A stretch of DNA of 64,000 nt from Macrostomum lignano (taxonomy: Eukaryota). Under the pieces are notes generated by a model. It was given only the letters and a program-made list of their open reading frames with translations, had not been told where the DNA came from and searched no databases. Made by a program: the position numbers and the translations under genes. The stretch is from contig NIVC01003170.1 in assembly GCA_002269645.1 (NCBI GenBank), positions 48,410 to 112,409 of the forward strand, given 5' to 3'. Shown here piece by piece: positions 50,636 to 63,830 of this stretch. The stretch's first letter is position 1. Each line of letters begins with the position of its first letter.

Positions 50636-53600
50636 GCCTGTCTGTGTCTGTCTGTCTGTCTGTCTGTCTGTGTCCCAAACGCAATCCCTCCTCCATCTTC
50701 GCAGCCCCGCGGACTCCGCCGGCAGAACCGGGCTCGCCTGCCGCCGCTGCCCGACCGCGCCGCCGCCAGCAACAGCCACCCGAGCTCCGAGGCGGCCGCT
50801 GACCCACTGCCATCCTACCGAAAGCCTCGGCGCCAATTGCGGGCACCGGCCGGGACAGCTGACGCCGGCGCGCCGCCCGACTGCAAGCGGGTGTACATCA
50901 GTCGGAACGATGACAGGCAGCAGCGGCACATCCTGCTGCTGAACCGGCGCACTCTGCGCAGCTTCGAGCAGCTGCTAGACGACCTGTCGGGAATTTTCCG
51001 CATGTTGGTCTGTCGGCTGTACACCTCTGACGGCAGGCCGGTGAGTTCGAGCTCTAGCTGTAGGTCCCGGGTTCGAATTTTTCGTAGAAAGGAGGTGCAA
51101 GTCTGTCATTTTTTGCTGCAAAGTTTTGGCCAAATTTGGTCAGACAGCCGAAGATTGAGAAAGTCGGGACCGCTGTACACCCTGGATGAGCGCGTGCCTC
51201 CAAACATACACACGGACACAGGTGGAGTCACTTTCGGCGCTGTACAATGGGCCCGACAGCTTTGTAGCCGCTGGCTCAGAGAAATTCCAGACGGTGCGGA
51301 CGGCGTGGAGCGGCGGAGGCGGCGGGACCGGCAGAAACGGAGCCGACAAAGCCGCAAGCCCGGCGCCAGCTGCAATCAAGACGAAACCGCAAAAAATTGT
51401 CAAGTCACGTGAGTCCGTTGATTATTTGATATCGATTGGTTATTCAGTGTGTCAGTCCCCCAGTGTGAGTGTGTCAGAGTCACCGGTGTGAGTGTGTCAG
51501 AGTCACCGGTGTGAGTGTGTCAGAGTCACCGGTGTGAGTGTGTCAGAGTCACCGGTGTGAGTGTGTCAGAGTCACCGATGTGAGTGTGTCAGAGTCACCG
51601 GTGTGAGTGTGTCAGTCACCGATGTGAGTGTGTCAGAGTCACCGGTGTGAGTGAGTCAGAGTCACCGGTGTAAGTATCAGAGTCACCGGTGTGAGTGTGT
51701 CAGAGACACCAGTGTGAGTGAGTCAGAGTCACCGGTGTGAGTGAGTCAGAGTCACCGGTGTGAGTATCAGAGTCACCGGTGTGAGTGTGTCAGAGACACC
51801 AGTGTGAGTGAGTCAGAGTCACCGGTGTGAGTGTCAGAGTCACTGGTGTGAGTGTGACAGAGTCACCGGTGTGAGTGTGTCAGAGACACCAGTGTGAGTG
51901 AGTCAGAGTCACCGGTGTGAGTGTCAGAGTCACCGGTGTGAGTGTGACAGAGTCACCGGTGTGAGTGTGTCAGAGTCACCGGTGTGAGTGTGTCAGAGTC
52001 ACCGGTGTGAATGTGTCAGAGACACCAGTGTGAGTGAATCAGAGTCACCGGTGTGAGTATCAGAGTCACCGGTGTGAGTGTGTCAGAGACACCAGTGTAA
52101 GTGAGTCAGAGTCACCAGTGTGAGTGAGTCAGAGTCACCGGTGTGAGTATCAGAGTCACCGGTGTGAGTGTGTCAGAGACACCAGTGTGAGTGAGTCAGA
52201 GTCACCGGTGTGAGTGTCAGAGTCACTGGTGTGAGTGTGACAGAGTCACCGGTGTGAGTGTGTCAGAGACACCAGTGTGAGTGAGTCAGAGTCACCGGTG
52301 TGAGTGTCAGAGTCACCGGTGTGAGTGTGACAGAGTCACCGGTGTGAGTGTGTCAGAGTCACCGGTGTGAGTGTGTCAGAGTCACCGGTGTGAATGTGTC
52401 AGAGACACCAGTGTGAGTGAATCAGAGTCACCGGTGTGAGTATCAGAGTCACCGGTGTGAGTGTGTCAGAGACACCAGTGTGAGTGAGTCAGAGTCACCA
52501 GTGTGAGTGAGTCAGAGTCACCGGTGTGAGTGTGACAGTTTCACCGGTGTGAGTGTCAGAGTCACCGGTGTGAGTGTGTCAGTATCATCGGTGTGAGTGT
52601 GTCAGAGTCACCGGTGTGAGTGTGTCAGAGACACCAGTGTGAGTGAGTCAGAGTCACCGGTGTGAGTGTGTCAGAGTCACCGGTGTGAGTGTGTCAGAGT
52701 CACCGGTGTGAGTGTGTCAGAGTCACCGGTGTGAATGTGTCAGAGACACCAGTGTGAGTGTGTCAGAGTCACCGGTGTGAGTGTGACAGAGTCACCGGTG
52801 TGAGTGTGTCAGAGTCACCGGTGTGAGTGTGTCAGTGTCACCGGTGTGAGTGTCAGAGTCACCGGTGTGAATTTGTCAGTCTCTGAACTGAAAGAGTCAT
52901 CAACAACCCCCAGTTGGCCACTGGCGAGTTCAGATCGACACGCCGGGCGTCGGCCATGAAAGTTCGACAGCCGCGAGTTCCTCCCGTCGCCTCTTTCTCA
53001 CCGTGTACGGCAGGCAGGGCTGCTCAGGCCCGCTGCCGCTGCTTCGCTCTCAAGCCCTCATTGATGAGGCAGAGTCAGATTTTGAGGTAGAAATTTCAGT
53101 AAATTCTTATATTTGTACATTTGTGATAGACACTTGAATCCTGCTCAGGTACATGAAGATGCAAGTTGATACTTTAGGACAAAAATTTTACTTGAAGGAT
53201 GATTCTGAGGTGAATGAGTCATCGGGCAGGTGTACATTAGGGACAGAGTTTATCGGGGTGGGGAATGAGTCATCGGCCAGGTGTACATTAGGGACAGAGT
53301 TTATCGGGGTGGGGAATGAGTCATCGGGCAGGTGTACATTAGGGACAGAGTTTATCGACTGTAAATTCCGCTGCACATTGGATCAAAGATTATTTTACTT
53401 AGCGAACAGTCCGAATAGCGATAAATGATTTTTATGATTATGAGTGATTATTATTTAATCACAGGTGCACACGGGGCAAATTGGTGAGATTCTGAAAGTG
53501 CGGCTGAGCCTGGAGGCCCGACCTCGGAGTTCAGCGGCTGCCACGGTGGCCGCGGCGTCGGCCGCCGATCTGCCAGTCGGGCGTCTCGTCATGACCGACG

Positions 53601-54614
53601 CCGACACGGGCGAGGAGCTTCGGTTCGACTTCAATTGCTCGCTGGCCCGCGCCATGATGTGCAAGGAGCTGCCCGCCTTGGGTCGGGACGGGCGGCCTGT
53701 GTTGCCAGGTCTGTCTAAAGTTTGCCATGACTTCTACTTAAGTCTAGCGTTTTCTTCTAGCGTTTTGTACAGTGGGAGGCTGCGTACGGCTGTTCAGTCC
53801 AAGGACTGGGGGGTCGCCACACACCCTCAATTACCCCAGCTAATGCTGGCACCCATTTTATAGCTGGGTGAACTGAAACAATGCAGAGTCAAGCGTCTTG
53901 CTCAAGGACACAAATTGTTCCGAGTGGGTTGAGAATCGAACCCCCGACCTTTTAGTCGTAAGAGTAATGAAAATTACATTAAAGCTGTCGATCAAGCTGA
54001 AGTGAAAATGAAAAGTGCAGTGCCTGGCTCCACTCAGATAACGCCCAACTGCAATGGAGGTCATCCAATGGAGGTCAAGGTGGTCAAAGGCCCCCCAGGA
54101 AAGAGTCTTCCATGCTTGCCTGATGACATCTGCCATAGCTGTGCAAAGCACTGATTCATTGCGCGACCAAAATTCTCCAACTGGCCACAGACCCCTTTGG
54201 GCCATAGACAGTGCAAAGCCAGTCTTCAACAGCTTGACTCTCCCGAATTTAATTGCGATGCATTTAACAACAAAATGGGCACTGAAGGCGCATCACGGAT
54301 GGAAATTTGACAGAAAATACCGCCTCCCGGAGCCGCTGTTTTGCTCTGTCTCGGGTTGCTAAGCAATGTGGATCAATTTTTTGGGGAGTGACTAAGGGAA
54401 AGAACGCCGAAAAGGGGAACTAAGGATTAAAAATGGGACGATAGGATGGAGAAGAAGCTCGTTAGGCTGAGTGGGGCTTCCGTTGTAGGAGGCGAAGAGG
54501 CTGCATGGAGGCGGGCTCGTGCGCGACCTGGGAGTGCGGGAAAAAGGACGTGCCGAGTACAATCCCCAGGGAGAGGCGCGGGAAGACGAAACATTAATGC
54601 CTGCCATCATTGCT

Positions 54615-54661
<47 letters not shown>

Positions 54662-57600
54662 AATAGCGGGGCACCTATTCCATCACCAATTGCAGTGGAG
54701 CGGTACACTCTGGAGGTGCACACAGGTGACCTGTACAACGCTGGCACCTCAGCCGCAGTCACCGTCACCCTTCACGGAGACCTTGGCGACACCGGACCCC
54801 GAGAACTGCTTTTCGATCGCGTTGAAGATAAAGATTTTCAAGTTGCACCGTTTATGAAAGGACAGGTGCGGGCAGCTGACTAATTTTTATGCTTTGATGC
54901 AGCTCTTTGTAGCTTATCTTTGTGCCGCTGCAGGCAGATTTCACTTTAATGATTAATTTTCAACTTCAAGGTGGACAAATTCTCACTCGAGGCTGTGCAC
55001 CTGGGCCGCCTGACCAAGCTGAGCGTCTGCCACGACGCCAGAGAGCCCGGACACGGCTGGTACCTGGACAAGGTGGCCGTGCGGCCGGAGTCCCAACCGG
55101 ATGAAGCTGCGGAGTTTCTGTGCTACAGGTGGGCGGGATTTGGTTCTGCGATGGAGAGGCTGTAGATAAGAGTAATAAAACACTACTTAGAGTAGAGGCG
55201 AGAGTTTGAGTAGACGATCTGGAGAAGAGGGCTTAGTGGCTGACATTAGGGACGTAAACAGAAAATTTGAATAGATTTAATGTAGTAGATAGAGCAATAT
55301 TAGATTAAATTATGCAGTAGAGTAGAGTAGAGTAAAGTAGAGTAGAGTAGAATAGAGTTGAGTAGAATGTAGTAGAGTCGAGTGGAGTCGAGTGGAGTAG
55401 AGTGAAGTAGAGTGGAGTAGAGTGTAGTAGAGTGGAGTAGAGTGTAGTAGAGTATAGTGGAGTAGAGTGGAGTAGAGTGTAGTAGAGTATAGTGGAGTAG
55501 AGTGGAGTATAATAGATCAGAGTTGTGTAGAGTAGAGTTAAGTAGAGTAACCCTCGCTAATCCGTCGCTCCAATCCAGGTGGCTGGACTCCGCCGAGGAC
55601 GACGGTCGACTGGCCAGGGACCTCCGGCCGCTGCGCAGACAGTCGGCGGCCGCCGCCGCATCAGCCGGTGTCCCGCCGGACGAGCAGCCGGCGCTGCAGC
55701 AGCTGGAGCGGTCGTCCTGGCAGGGCATCGCCTGGATGTTCGAGAACAACTGCACCGTGCAGCTCTACTGCCCGGCCACTGGCCGGCCTGTCCGAGTGAA
55801 CTCGGACACCAGCGTGGACGCGGCAAGGACGAACGATTTGAGCGAATCGGAGGCCGAGGGGAATCCAATGTGTGAGATTTAGATCTTGCACGATGTCTTA
55901 ACAACAACATAGCAACTAGGTAGCAACGAGCAACCAATTAGCTACGGCAAAACAACTGGTTGGCAACGGCATAGCAACCGGTATAAGAATCGGCATAGCA
56001 ACCAGTTAGCAACGACACAGCAACATGCTAGCAACGGCATAACAACCACTTGGCAACGGCATAGCAACCAGTTAGCAACGGCATAGTAACCAGTTAGCAA
56101 TGGCATAGCAACCAGTTAGCAAAGGCATAGTAACCAGTTAGCAACGGCATAGCAACCAGTTAGCAACGGCATAGCAACCAGTTAGCAACGGCATAGCAAC
56201 CAGTTAGCAACGGCATAGTAACCAGTTAGAAACGGCATAGTAACCAGTATAAGAAACGGCATGGCAACTAAAATCCTCATGGAACCTACCTAAGGAATAT
56301 GCGGTCATAAACAATGCATTTCAGCCTTCTTCACCGTGCTGGCAAAGCCAGATGGGTCGCGGATGTTTCGCTGCCTCGGCGCTCCAAAATGCTACCTGGG
56401 GCTCAGCCCGAACGGTCTCATAAAAGGCCAGGTAAGGCGGCACCGTATTGACTGAGATCAATAAATACTGCTGTACTCTTAAGACTGTTTCAGTCTCACA
56501 AGACATCATCGCTCGGTTTTCAGTTTCTCATGACCGAGCATCAGGTTCAGGTACAGGTTTTATGATTTCTTAGAAACATGATCCGTTTTGTTCGACCACC
56601 ACAAACTAAATAACATTAGAAATTATTGCACTGACCCTTGAAGTTTTTTATCGAATTTACCGATAGCAAAAATAAACAATTCCATTTTGCCCAACAATGT
56701 TACACTGTAGCTTTGCACTCAGCCTGTAGTTACATGATGCAATAAAATATACTTTATTTCTCTTCTCTCCTCATTTATATCTCACTCTAATCTCTAGTCT
56801 CTAATCTCTAATCTGTCTTCTCTAGTCTCTGATATCTATTCTCTAATCTCTAGCCTCTTCATCTTCCATCTCTTTTTCTCTAATCGGCAATCTATCATTT
56901 AATATCTTTCATTTCCATTGTTTTATGTCTAATATCTTATCTTCTCCTAATATGTCATAGTGTCACAATCATTCGATATAGAAAGTGACCTGATTTCTTA
57001 GAAACAAACCTTCGCCTCCGGCCTCGTTTTGCTATTTTTGTTAGAGTTTGTTTTAATAATCCATCAGACTACCGGTAAACCCGCACCAGCCGCATGCGGG
57101 ACCTAATTATAACAAAGTATAATTATAACAAAATATAATTATAACAAAATATAATTATAACAAAATATAATTATAACAAAATATAATTATAACAAAATAT
57201 AATTATAACAAAATATAATTATAACAAAATATAATTATAACAAAATATAATTATAACAAAAAAACGAAAAAAAACAAATCGAACCAGGGCAAATCCGGTG
57301 CCCAATGCGAGTTCCGCCTGCGGCCTCACGAGCTGCTGCCGCGCTCCGTTGTTGTCGCATCGGCCAGGCGGCCGTCCCAGCAGCTCCTGCTCAATGCCGA
57401 CGGTCGCCAGTCGACGTTGTCGACGTCGAAGAAAGCCGCAGCGGCGACTTCGCTGCCGCAGCCGCTGGTTCCGCACTGCCGCGGTCGGTTCCGGCAAGGC
57501 TCTGTGGTTACCATGGCAACCAGTAGGGAGCAGGCGCTGGCGGTTGAGCAAGACGGCCGCCGCCTGAACGGGGCTGGTCGGCGAGGCCGGGTGGCGCTCT

Positions 57601-60600
57601 TCAGGGTGCGCCGACTGCCCGATGACGAGGGCGAAGGCTACGATGACGGCGAGGGCCGGACAGCGCTGCGGATGTTCGAATCGGTGCTGCTGCCGGAGCA
57701 GTTTCTGCGGCTGCGGGACGGCGAGTTCGACTGCCTGGTTGGTTGCTATGCTGTTGCTATGCTGTTGCTATGCTGTTGCTACGTTGTTGCTATGCTGTTG
57801 CTATGCTGTTGCTATGCTGTTACTATGCTGTTGCTAGCTGTTGCTATGCTGTTGCAATGCTTTTGCTATGCTGTTGCTATGCTATTGCTATTGCGTTGCC
57901 ATGAGGTTGCTATCAGAGCGCGCATTTTTTAATTTTTATTTTCAGGGCACCGGGGACGTCAGCTGCCATTTCAAAGTGGAAAAATTCAAAACAGGCGCTT
58001 TCGTCACCCTGCGCAGCTGCTCCAGCGGCCTGTGGCTCGGCTTCGAGCCGGACGGTCGAGCGGTACCAGTGAGCGATGACGCGGAACCGAATGTTCGGCT
58101 CTATCCGGAAGTTTTGACCTGTGAGCAATGTGGAATAGCCACTGGGAGCTGACTGGGAGCTGAGTAGGGAGAGTCAATAGCTGAGTCGGGAGAGTCAGTA
58201 GCTGAGTAGGGAGAGTCAATAGCTGAGTAGGGAGAGTCAATAGCTGAGTAGGGAGAGTCAATAGCTGAGTCGGGAGAGTCAGTAGCTGAGTAGGGAGAGT
58301 CAATAGCTGAGTAGGGAGAGTCAATAGCTGAGTAGGAAGAGTCAATAGCTGAGTAGGGAGAGTCAATAGCTGAGTAGGAAGAGTCAATAGCTGAGTAGGG
58401 AGAGTCAGTAGCTGAGTAGGGAGAGTCAATAGCTGAGTAGGGAGAGTCAGTAGCTGAGTAGGGAGAGTCAGTAGCTGAGTAGGGAGAGTCGGTAGCTGAG
58501 TAGGGAGAGTCAATAGCTGAGTAGGGAGAGTTAGTAGCTGAGTAGGAAGAGTCAGTGACTGAGTAGGGAGCACCAAAAATGCTGTTGTCATGAATGTGTT
58601 ATTGTAACTTGAGTTGAGTGCACTATTCTACGCCGGGCCAGTCTGGCCGGCATCTTTCCCCCCCCCTCCTCAGATATTTTCTGACTCAACCCCCTTTCAC
58701 TTCTGCGCGTGCGTATCCTCCCCCTCTCTGCCTAGGCCTTTTCCGTTTAGTCAAACCCCCCTTGCTCTGTGTGCGCCCCGTGCGCCCCCGCCCCATTCTT
58801 TTGTTAGCTTTGCTGCCCCGCCCCTGTTTGTGATTGGCTGCCAGTCCCAGTCTGCCGTGCTGCGCCCCGGCGATTGGCTGGTACGGCTCATGTTTTTTCT
58901 ATGCTGATGTCTAAGCCTCTTTCTGCCTTTATCCCGCGCCCTCAACCCCCAGTTTGCTGCCTATTTATTCTGACCCCCTTGAGACCCCATTCTCGTCATC
59001 TTCGTGGCTCTCCGGTGATTTTGCCAGCGTTGGTTGCTATTAAGTGTCCGAATTGTCCTACAAATACAATTAAAGACTATCGATACTCCCACTGCTCTGT
59101 CGGCGCTGTTCCCGAGTTGTACGACTGAAATCGCGCCGGTAAGCCTTCCAATTTGCAAGTCATTTGGGTCTGCATCTGTACTAGGCACCTTAGAGGGATT
59201 AAGTGCGTCGTACGCCGGTCCCAACCCAAGCAGCTCTGCGTCGTACGCGAGTCTGTAGGCTGTCGTGCGTCGTACGCTCGAGCAGCCTGGTCCTGACGGA
59301 CACCGCGTCGTACGCGTGTCAGTGGAGGACCGCAGCCAGGTTCAGTGCGCGAACCCGGGTCTGGGAAAGGGGCACGAAAGGACCGAGCCCTTGAGCCCCA
59401 TCACAACACTGTAATAGAAAAATTCATTAAATTCTCCATAATAATTTTCACACATGCACAGTCGGCAGCCCGAAGCCTCCTCCAAAGGCGCCGCTGCCGC
59501 CGCCACCGCAGCCACTGAAGTCGGAGTCGCCACCGCCACCACTGCCTTCGAAGCCCCAGACGCCGCCGCCGCCGCCACCGCCAGCTCTCGGCCCAGACGA
59601 ATGGTTGCTGGGCTTCGCTGACTTCGATGCCAAGAAAAGCAGCGTCGGCCAAAACTTGGCCAGCATGGAGGCCACCGTCTGCTTCGGCTCGGGCGACGCG
59701 GCAGCGACTGCCTCGGCGACAATTTTGCCTCAGTCTGGCGGCGAGGTGCGGCTTCGACTGGCCTTGAAGTCCGCGTCGGCTGACGAGGCGGCGTCCAGAC
59801 CGGAGCTGTGGAAGCTGCGTCTCGACCTGATCCCGCGGGATCCTCGGCTGGCGGCGACATGGCAACCGCCTCCGACGCTGCGACGTCTGTTGCTATGGAA
59901 ACCGGCGCTTCAAACGACCAACCAGGCGAAAGCGTCGCTATCGATAGAGTTTCGTCTGCCGGCCGCGGCTCGACTTTTCTGGCCGGCGGCGTCGGCGCCT
60001 GGAGACGCGGCGAGCGCGCAGGCGAGCCTGGAGGTGCCGGCCGGCCGACAGGCGGTGGCGGACTATCAGCTGCGACTGGTGACGCTAAAGGCCTCGACAT
60101 CGGCTGACGGCGGTCCACTGCAAGGTTGCCTCCGGCTGGAGCTGGTCGGCGACCTGGGCGACACCGGGCGACGGGCCATCAGTTTGCCGGCTGGGGGCCT
60201 CGGCAGCGTCGACGGAGAGGTTTGTGGAATTAGGGAATTCCCGGATTGGAATTTGGGGATCCCCCGATTGGAATTTGGGAATTCCCGGATTGGAATTTGG
60301 GGATCCCCCGATTGGAATTTGGGAATTCCCGGATTGGAATTTGGGGATCCCCCGATTGGAATTAGAGAATTCCCCGACTGGAATTTAGGAATCTCCCGAT
60401 TGGAATTTGGGAATCACTCGATTGGAATTTGGGAAATCCCCAGATTGGAATTTGGGAATCCCTCGATTTGAATATGGAAATCCCTCGATTGGAATTTGGG
60501 AATCCTCGATTGGAATTTGGGAATCCTCCGATTGGAATTTGGGAAATCCCCAGATTGGAATTTGGGAAATCCCCAGATTGGAATTTGGGAATCCCCCGAT

Positions 60601-61261
60601 TGGAATTTGGGAATCCCTCGATTGGAATATGGAAATCCCTCGATTGGAATTTGGAATCCCTCGATTGGAATTTGGGAATCCTCCGATTGGAATTTGGGAA
60701 ATCTCCATATTGGAATTTGGGAAATCCCCAGATTGGAATTTGGGAATCTCCCGATTGGAATTTGGGAATCCCTCGATTGGAATTTGGGAAATCCCAGATT
60801 GGAATTTGGGAAATCCCCAGATTGGAATTTGGGAAATCCCCAGTTTGGAAATTGGGAATCCCTCGATTGGAATTGGGGAATTACCCGATTGAAATTAGGC
60901 AATTTCTTGATAGAGGAATTAGGGAATAATTAAGCTACGAATTTAGCTTAAATATCTTTTCGGTCTTGCCTGTACCAAAAAAATCATAAGATGATGTCAT
61001 TCAATCAGTTTATTTACCTAATATGCCTATAAATCTGATTGACAGGTACTCGAAGTGCAGCTAAGCGCAGTGGATCTGGGTCAGCTCAGGCTGTGCCGAA
61101 TCTCCGCTGACAGTCGCGAAGCCTCGGGAGCCTGGAACTGCGACCGCCTCATTGCTGCCAGGCTGGGTCCGGGCTTCTCCGTCACCGACTTCATCTGCTG
61201 TGATTGGCTGCGGCCTCGGGGGAGCCGGACGGCAGAGCCGAGCGAACTCTGCGGCCCGACG
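49575..61261 (+). CDS. Multi-exon RP1-like protein: tandem doublecortin (DCX) domains, PLAT/LH2 domains and a probable beta-trefoil
   Basis: DCX1 (49575-50039: VFFHRDGD...[13 protein letters not shown]...[25 protein letters not shown]); DCX2 (50705-51040, 51221-51407); PLAT exons about 52878-53086, 53465-53708, 54696-54865, 54971-55127, 55579-55850, 59600-60220, 61046-61261; trefoil-like exons about 57530-57735, 57946-58120. Later exon borders approximate. Confidence 0.75.
50050..50675. repeat. (TGTC)n/(TG)n compound microsatellite in intron
   Basis: Read directly. Confidence 0.95.
51455..52870. repeat. 21-23-bp minisatellite (GTGTGAGTGTGTCAGAGTCACCG)n, about 60 copies
   Basis: Read directly. 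Confidence 0.95.
53205..53360. repeat. 51-bp tandem repeat, 3 copies
   Basis: GAATGAGTCATCGG(G/C)CAGGTGTACATTAGGGACAGAGTTTATCGGGGTGGG. Confidence 0.85.
53777..53960 (-). mobile_element. Second copy of the tRNA-derived SINE
   Basis: Aligns by eye to 4934-5140 (AGGCTGCGTACGGCTGTTCAGTCCAAGGACTGGGGG...GAATCGAACCCCCGACCTTT). Confidence 0.75.
55320..55545. repeat. (AGTAG/AGTGG)n pentamer satellite
   Basis: Read directly. Confidence 0.9.
55960..56270. repeat. 22-bp minisatellite (GCAACGGCATAGCAACCAGTTA)n
   Basis: Read directly. Confidence 0.9.
57115..57260. repeat. 16-bp minisatellite (TATAATTATAACAAAA)n
   Basis: Read directly. Confidence 0.9.
57740..57900. repeat. 11-bp minisatellite (GCTATGCTGTT)n
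   Basis: Read directly. Confidence 0.85.
58150..58570. repeat. 21-bp minisatellite (AGCTGAGTAGGGAGAGTCAAT)n
   Basis: Read directly. Confidence 0.95.
60230..60900. repeat. About 21-bp degenerate minisatellite (GATTGGAATTTGGGAATCCC)n
   Basis: Read directly. Confidence 0.9.
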
Positions 61262-63149
61262 GTGAGGCCCGAATTCCTGCCCTGCCTGCGGCTGGGGACA
61301 TTGGCGTTTGGGGATCTTTTTGGAATTGGGGATCAGTTAGGATGCAGGAAATCATTTGGGAATCCTTGGCGATTTGGAATTTTAGGGGTTATTTTGTACT
61401 TGGGATCATTTGGGACTCGGGAATTAGTTGGGACTTGGGAGCATTTATCTGGGATTTGGGGGGTTAGTTGGGATTAGGGGGGATTTGGGGGGGTTAGTTG
61501 GGATTTGGGGGGATTAGTTGGGATATGGGGAATTAGTTGGGATATTGGGGAATTAGTTGGGATTTGGGGGACTAGCGGGGATGTGGAGAATTTGTTGATA
61601 AGCATCACTCGAAACAACTAAGGATGTGAGTATCCCATTTCAGGTAAAAATTTACACGTACATGCCATACTTTCAGAGTTCGCACTCACTCGAAAAGAAA
61701 TCGGGTATATAATACAATTGTTTCAATCCAGCAGCAGCTTCCACAAGTCCGCCCAGCTCATAAAATGCATTCATCAAATTTTGTTGTTCATTTGTTACAA
61801 ATGTTTTGCAATGCCCGTAAAAAGGTTGGCTGACTTTATTTGAGTGAGTAGTATTGCCGGGTTTAGAACGGAAATGGACTTCCTCTCAAAGGTGTCTGAT
61901 GTGGGATGCTGGGAGGCACCGTAGACTCCATGAACCTCCATAATAAGCTGAGTCCTGCTCAGGACTTTTTTGTTTCCCTCTCCCCTCTCTTCCTCGTTCT
62001 TCCCTTCTCTCTCTCTCTCCATCCTGCTTTTGCCATCTCTGTTTCTCTTCTCTCGTTCTTCCCCAACTCGCCCTCTACCCTATAACCCCCGCTCTCTCTT
62101 CCTCTCTCTCATCCAACTCCTCTCTCCCCTCTCCCCTCTCCCCCATCTCCCCTCTCTCTCCCCTCCCCAGTGGGAAATTCTGGTACGCCAAGGGTGCGCA
62201 GACCGCGGCGCCCGGTGGCCTGTGGCCGGTAGCGGGGCGTACTCTTTGTCCAGTCGGGGCGCCGGCCTTATACCCGGCGCCCGGTGGACTGCCCAATAAA
62301 TTAAGGCAAGAATTGGTTTACTCTACTAACAGTAGTATGCAGGGCTTTTATTGATATATTTTGCTCTGGCAGCAGCCTAGCTTTCTGGTTGTTTCAAAAT
62401 TGAATTTATTTCCAAATAATTTTCAGAGCTATCTGATTTTTTTAAGCAATTGTCTCTTCCATTATAAATTTAAACAACCTTGCTGCTACCTGCTTACGAA
62501 GTTTGCCTTTTGTGAATTTTTTTGCAGTTTTTTAGAAAATTAGTTTGAGTCTATGAATGAAATCGAATAAGAAACTTAAATGTAATGAAATTTGAATTTA
62601 TTTAGCGAAGTTAAATGGAACTGATATTAAAACACAATATTAGAACGAAAAATAGTTAAGTTTTTGGCAACAAAGGTGTTGAAAGAATGTCAGTTTTAAA
62701 ATCATTTTGTGACAGCATTTACTCGTAAAATACGTGCTCTCATAATTAGAAGATTTTAAATTGTCCATCATCCAGCTCTCGCTGATCTTCGGACCAGTTT
62801 GATCCACTTGATTCGGTTTCGTCATCAGATTCGAGAGAGCAGTCAGTGCGGTAGTTGGTTTTCGACTTTGCTGAACGGGGGCGATGGTTGTTCCGCTTTC
62901 GAGGCTGAGAATCCAACTGAATACTCGCTCGCTTTCTGGATTGGGAGCTCGGCTTTGCTGTCGCCGCTGGCGGCACTTCTCCCGCTGATAGTCGCGATGG
63001 TGTCTGTGACATTGGAAAGAAAACAAAAAATTACTGCATGCACATTTTATCTTACTGACAGTAGTATTTAATGCTTAGCAATCATCGTATTCATCGTTCA
63101 TTATTCAGTTTAGATACGTTTTTACTCACTAGGGAAAAAGAAGATGAAT

Positions 63150-63830
63150 GGCTGTGTCTTTGCACGGCGCTGCCAGAAGCGGGGCTTGGAGTCGCTGCCA
63201 CAGAGACTGTCTTTGCACGGCGCTGCCAGAAGCGGGACTTTGAGTCGCTGCCACCAGAGACTGTCTTTGCACGGCGCTGCCAGAAGCGGGACTTTGAGTC
63301 GCTGCCACCAGAGATCGTCTTTGCACAGCGCTGCCAGAAGCGGGACTTTGAGTCGCTGCCACCAAAGACCGTCTTTGCACGGCGCTGCCAGGAGCGGGAC
63401 TTTGAGTCGCTACCACCAGAGATCGTCTTTGCACGGCGCTGCCAGGAGCGGGACTTTGAGTCGCTGCCACCAGAGATCGTCTTTGCACAGCGCTGCCAGA
63501 AGCGGGACTTTGAGTCGCTGCCACCAGAGATCGTCTTTGCACAGCGCTGCCAGAAGCGGGACTTTGAGTCGCTGCCACCAAAGACCGTCTTTGCACGGCG
63601 CTGCCAGAAGCGGGGCTTGGAGTCGCTGCCACCAGAGACTGTCTTTGTACGGCGCTGCCAGAAGCGGGACTTTGAGTCGCTGCCACCAGAGACTGTCTTT
63701 GTACGGCGCTGCCAGAAGCGGGGCTTGGAGTCGCTGCCACCAGAGACTGTCTTTGTACGGCGCTGCCAGAAGCGGGGCTTGGAGTCGCTGCCACCAGAGA
63801 CTGTCTTTGTACGGTGCTGTCAGAAGCGGG
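63150..63830. repeat. 54-bp GC-rich tandem array, about 12 copies, possibly coding on the minus strand
   Basis: Unit TGTCTTTGCACGGCGCTGCCAGAAGCGGGACTTTGAGTCGCTGCCACCAGAGAC; open in several frames. Confidence 0.9.

Noticed and set aside
49743-51412. 300-380 aa ORFs rich in TDRQ or VCLS
   Set aside because: Translation of (TGTC)n microsatellite plus antisense of GC-rich exons.
58004-60933. ORFs with TLPTQLL or [10 protein letters not shown] repeats
   Set aside because: Translations of intronic minisatellites.
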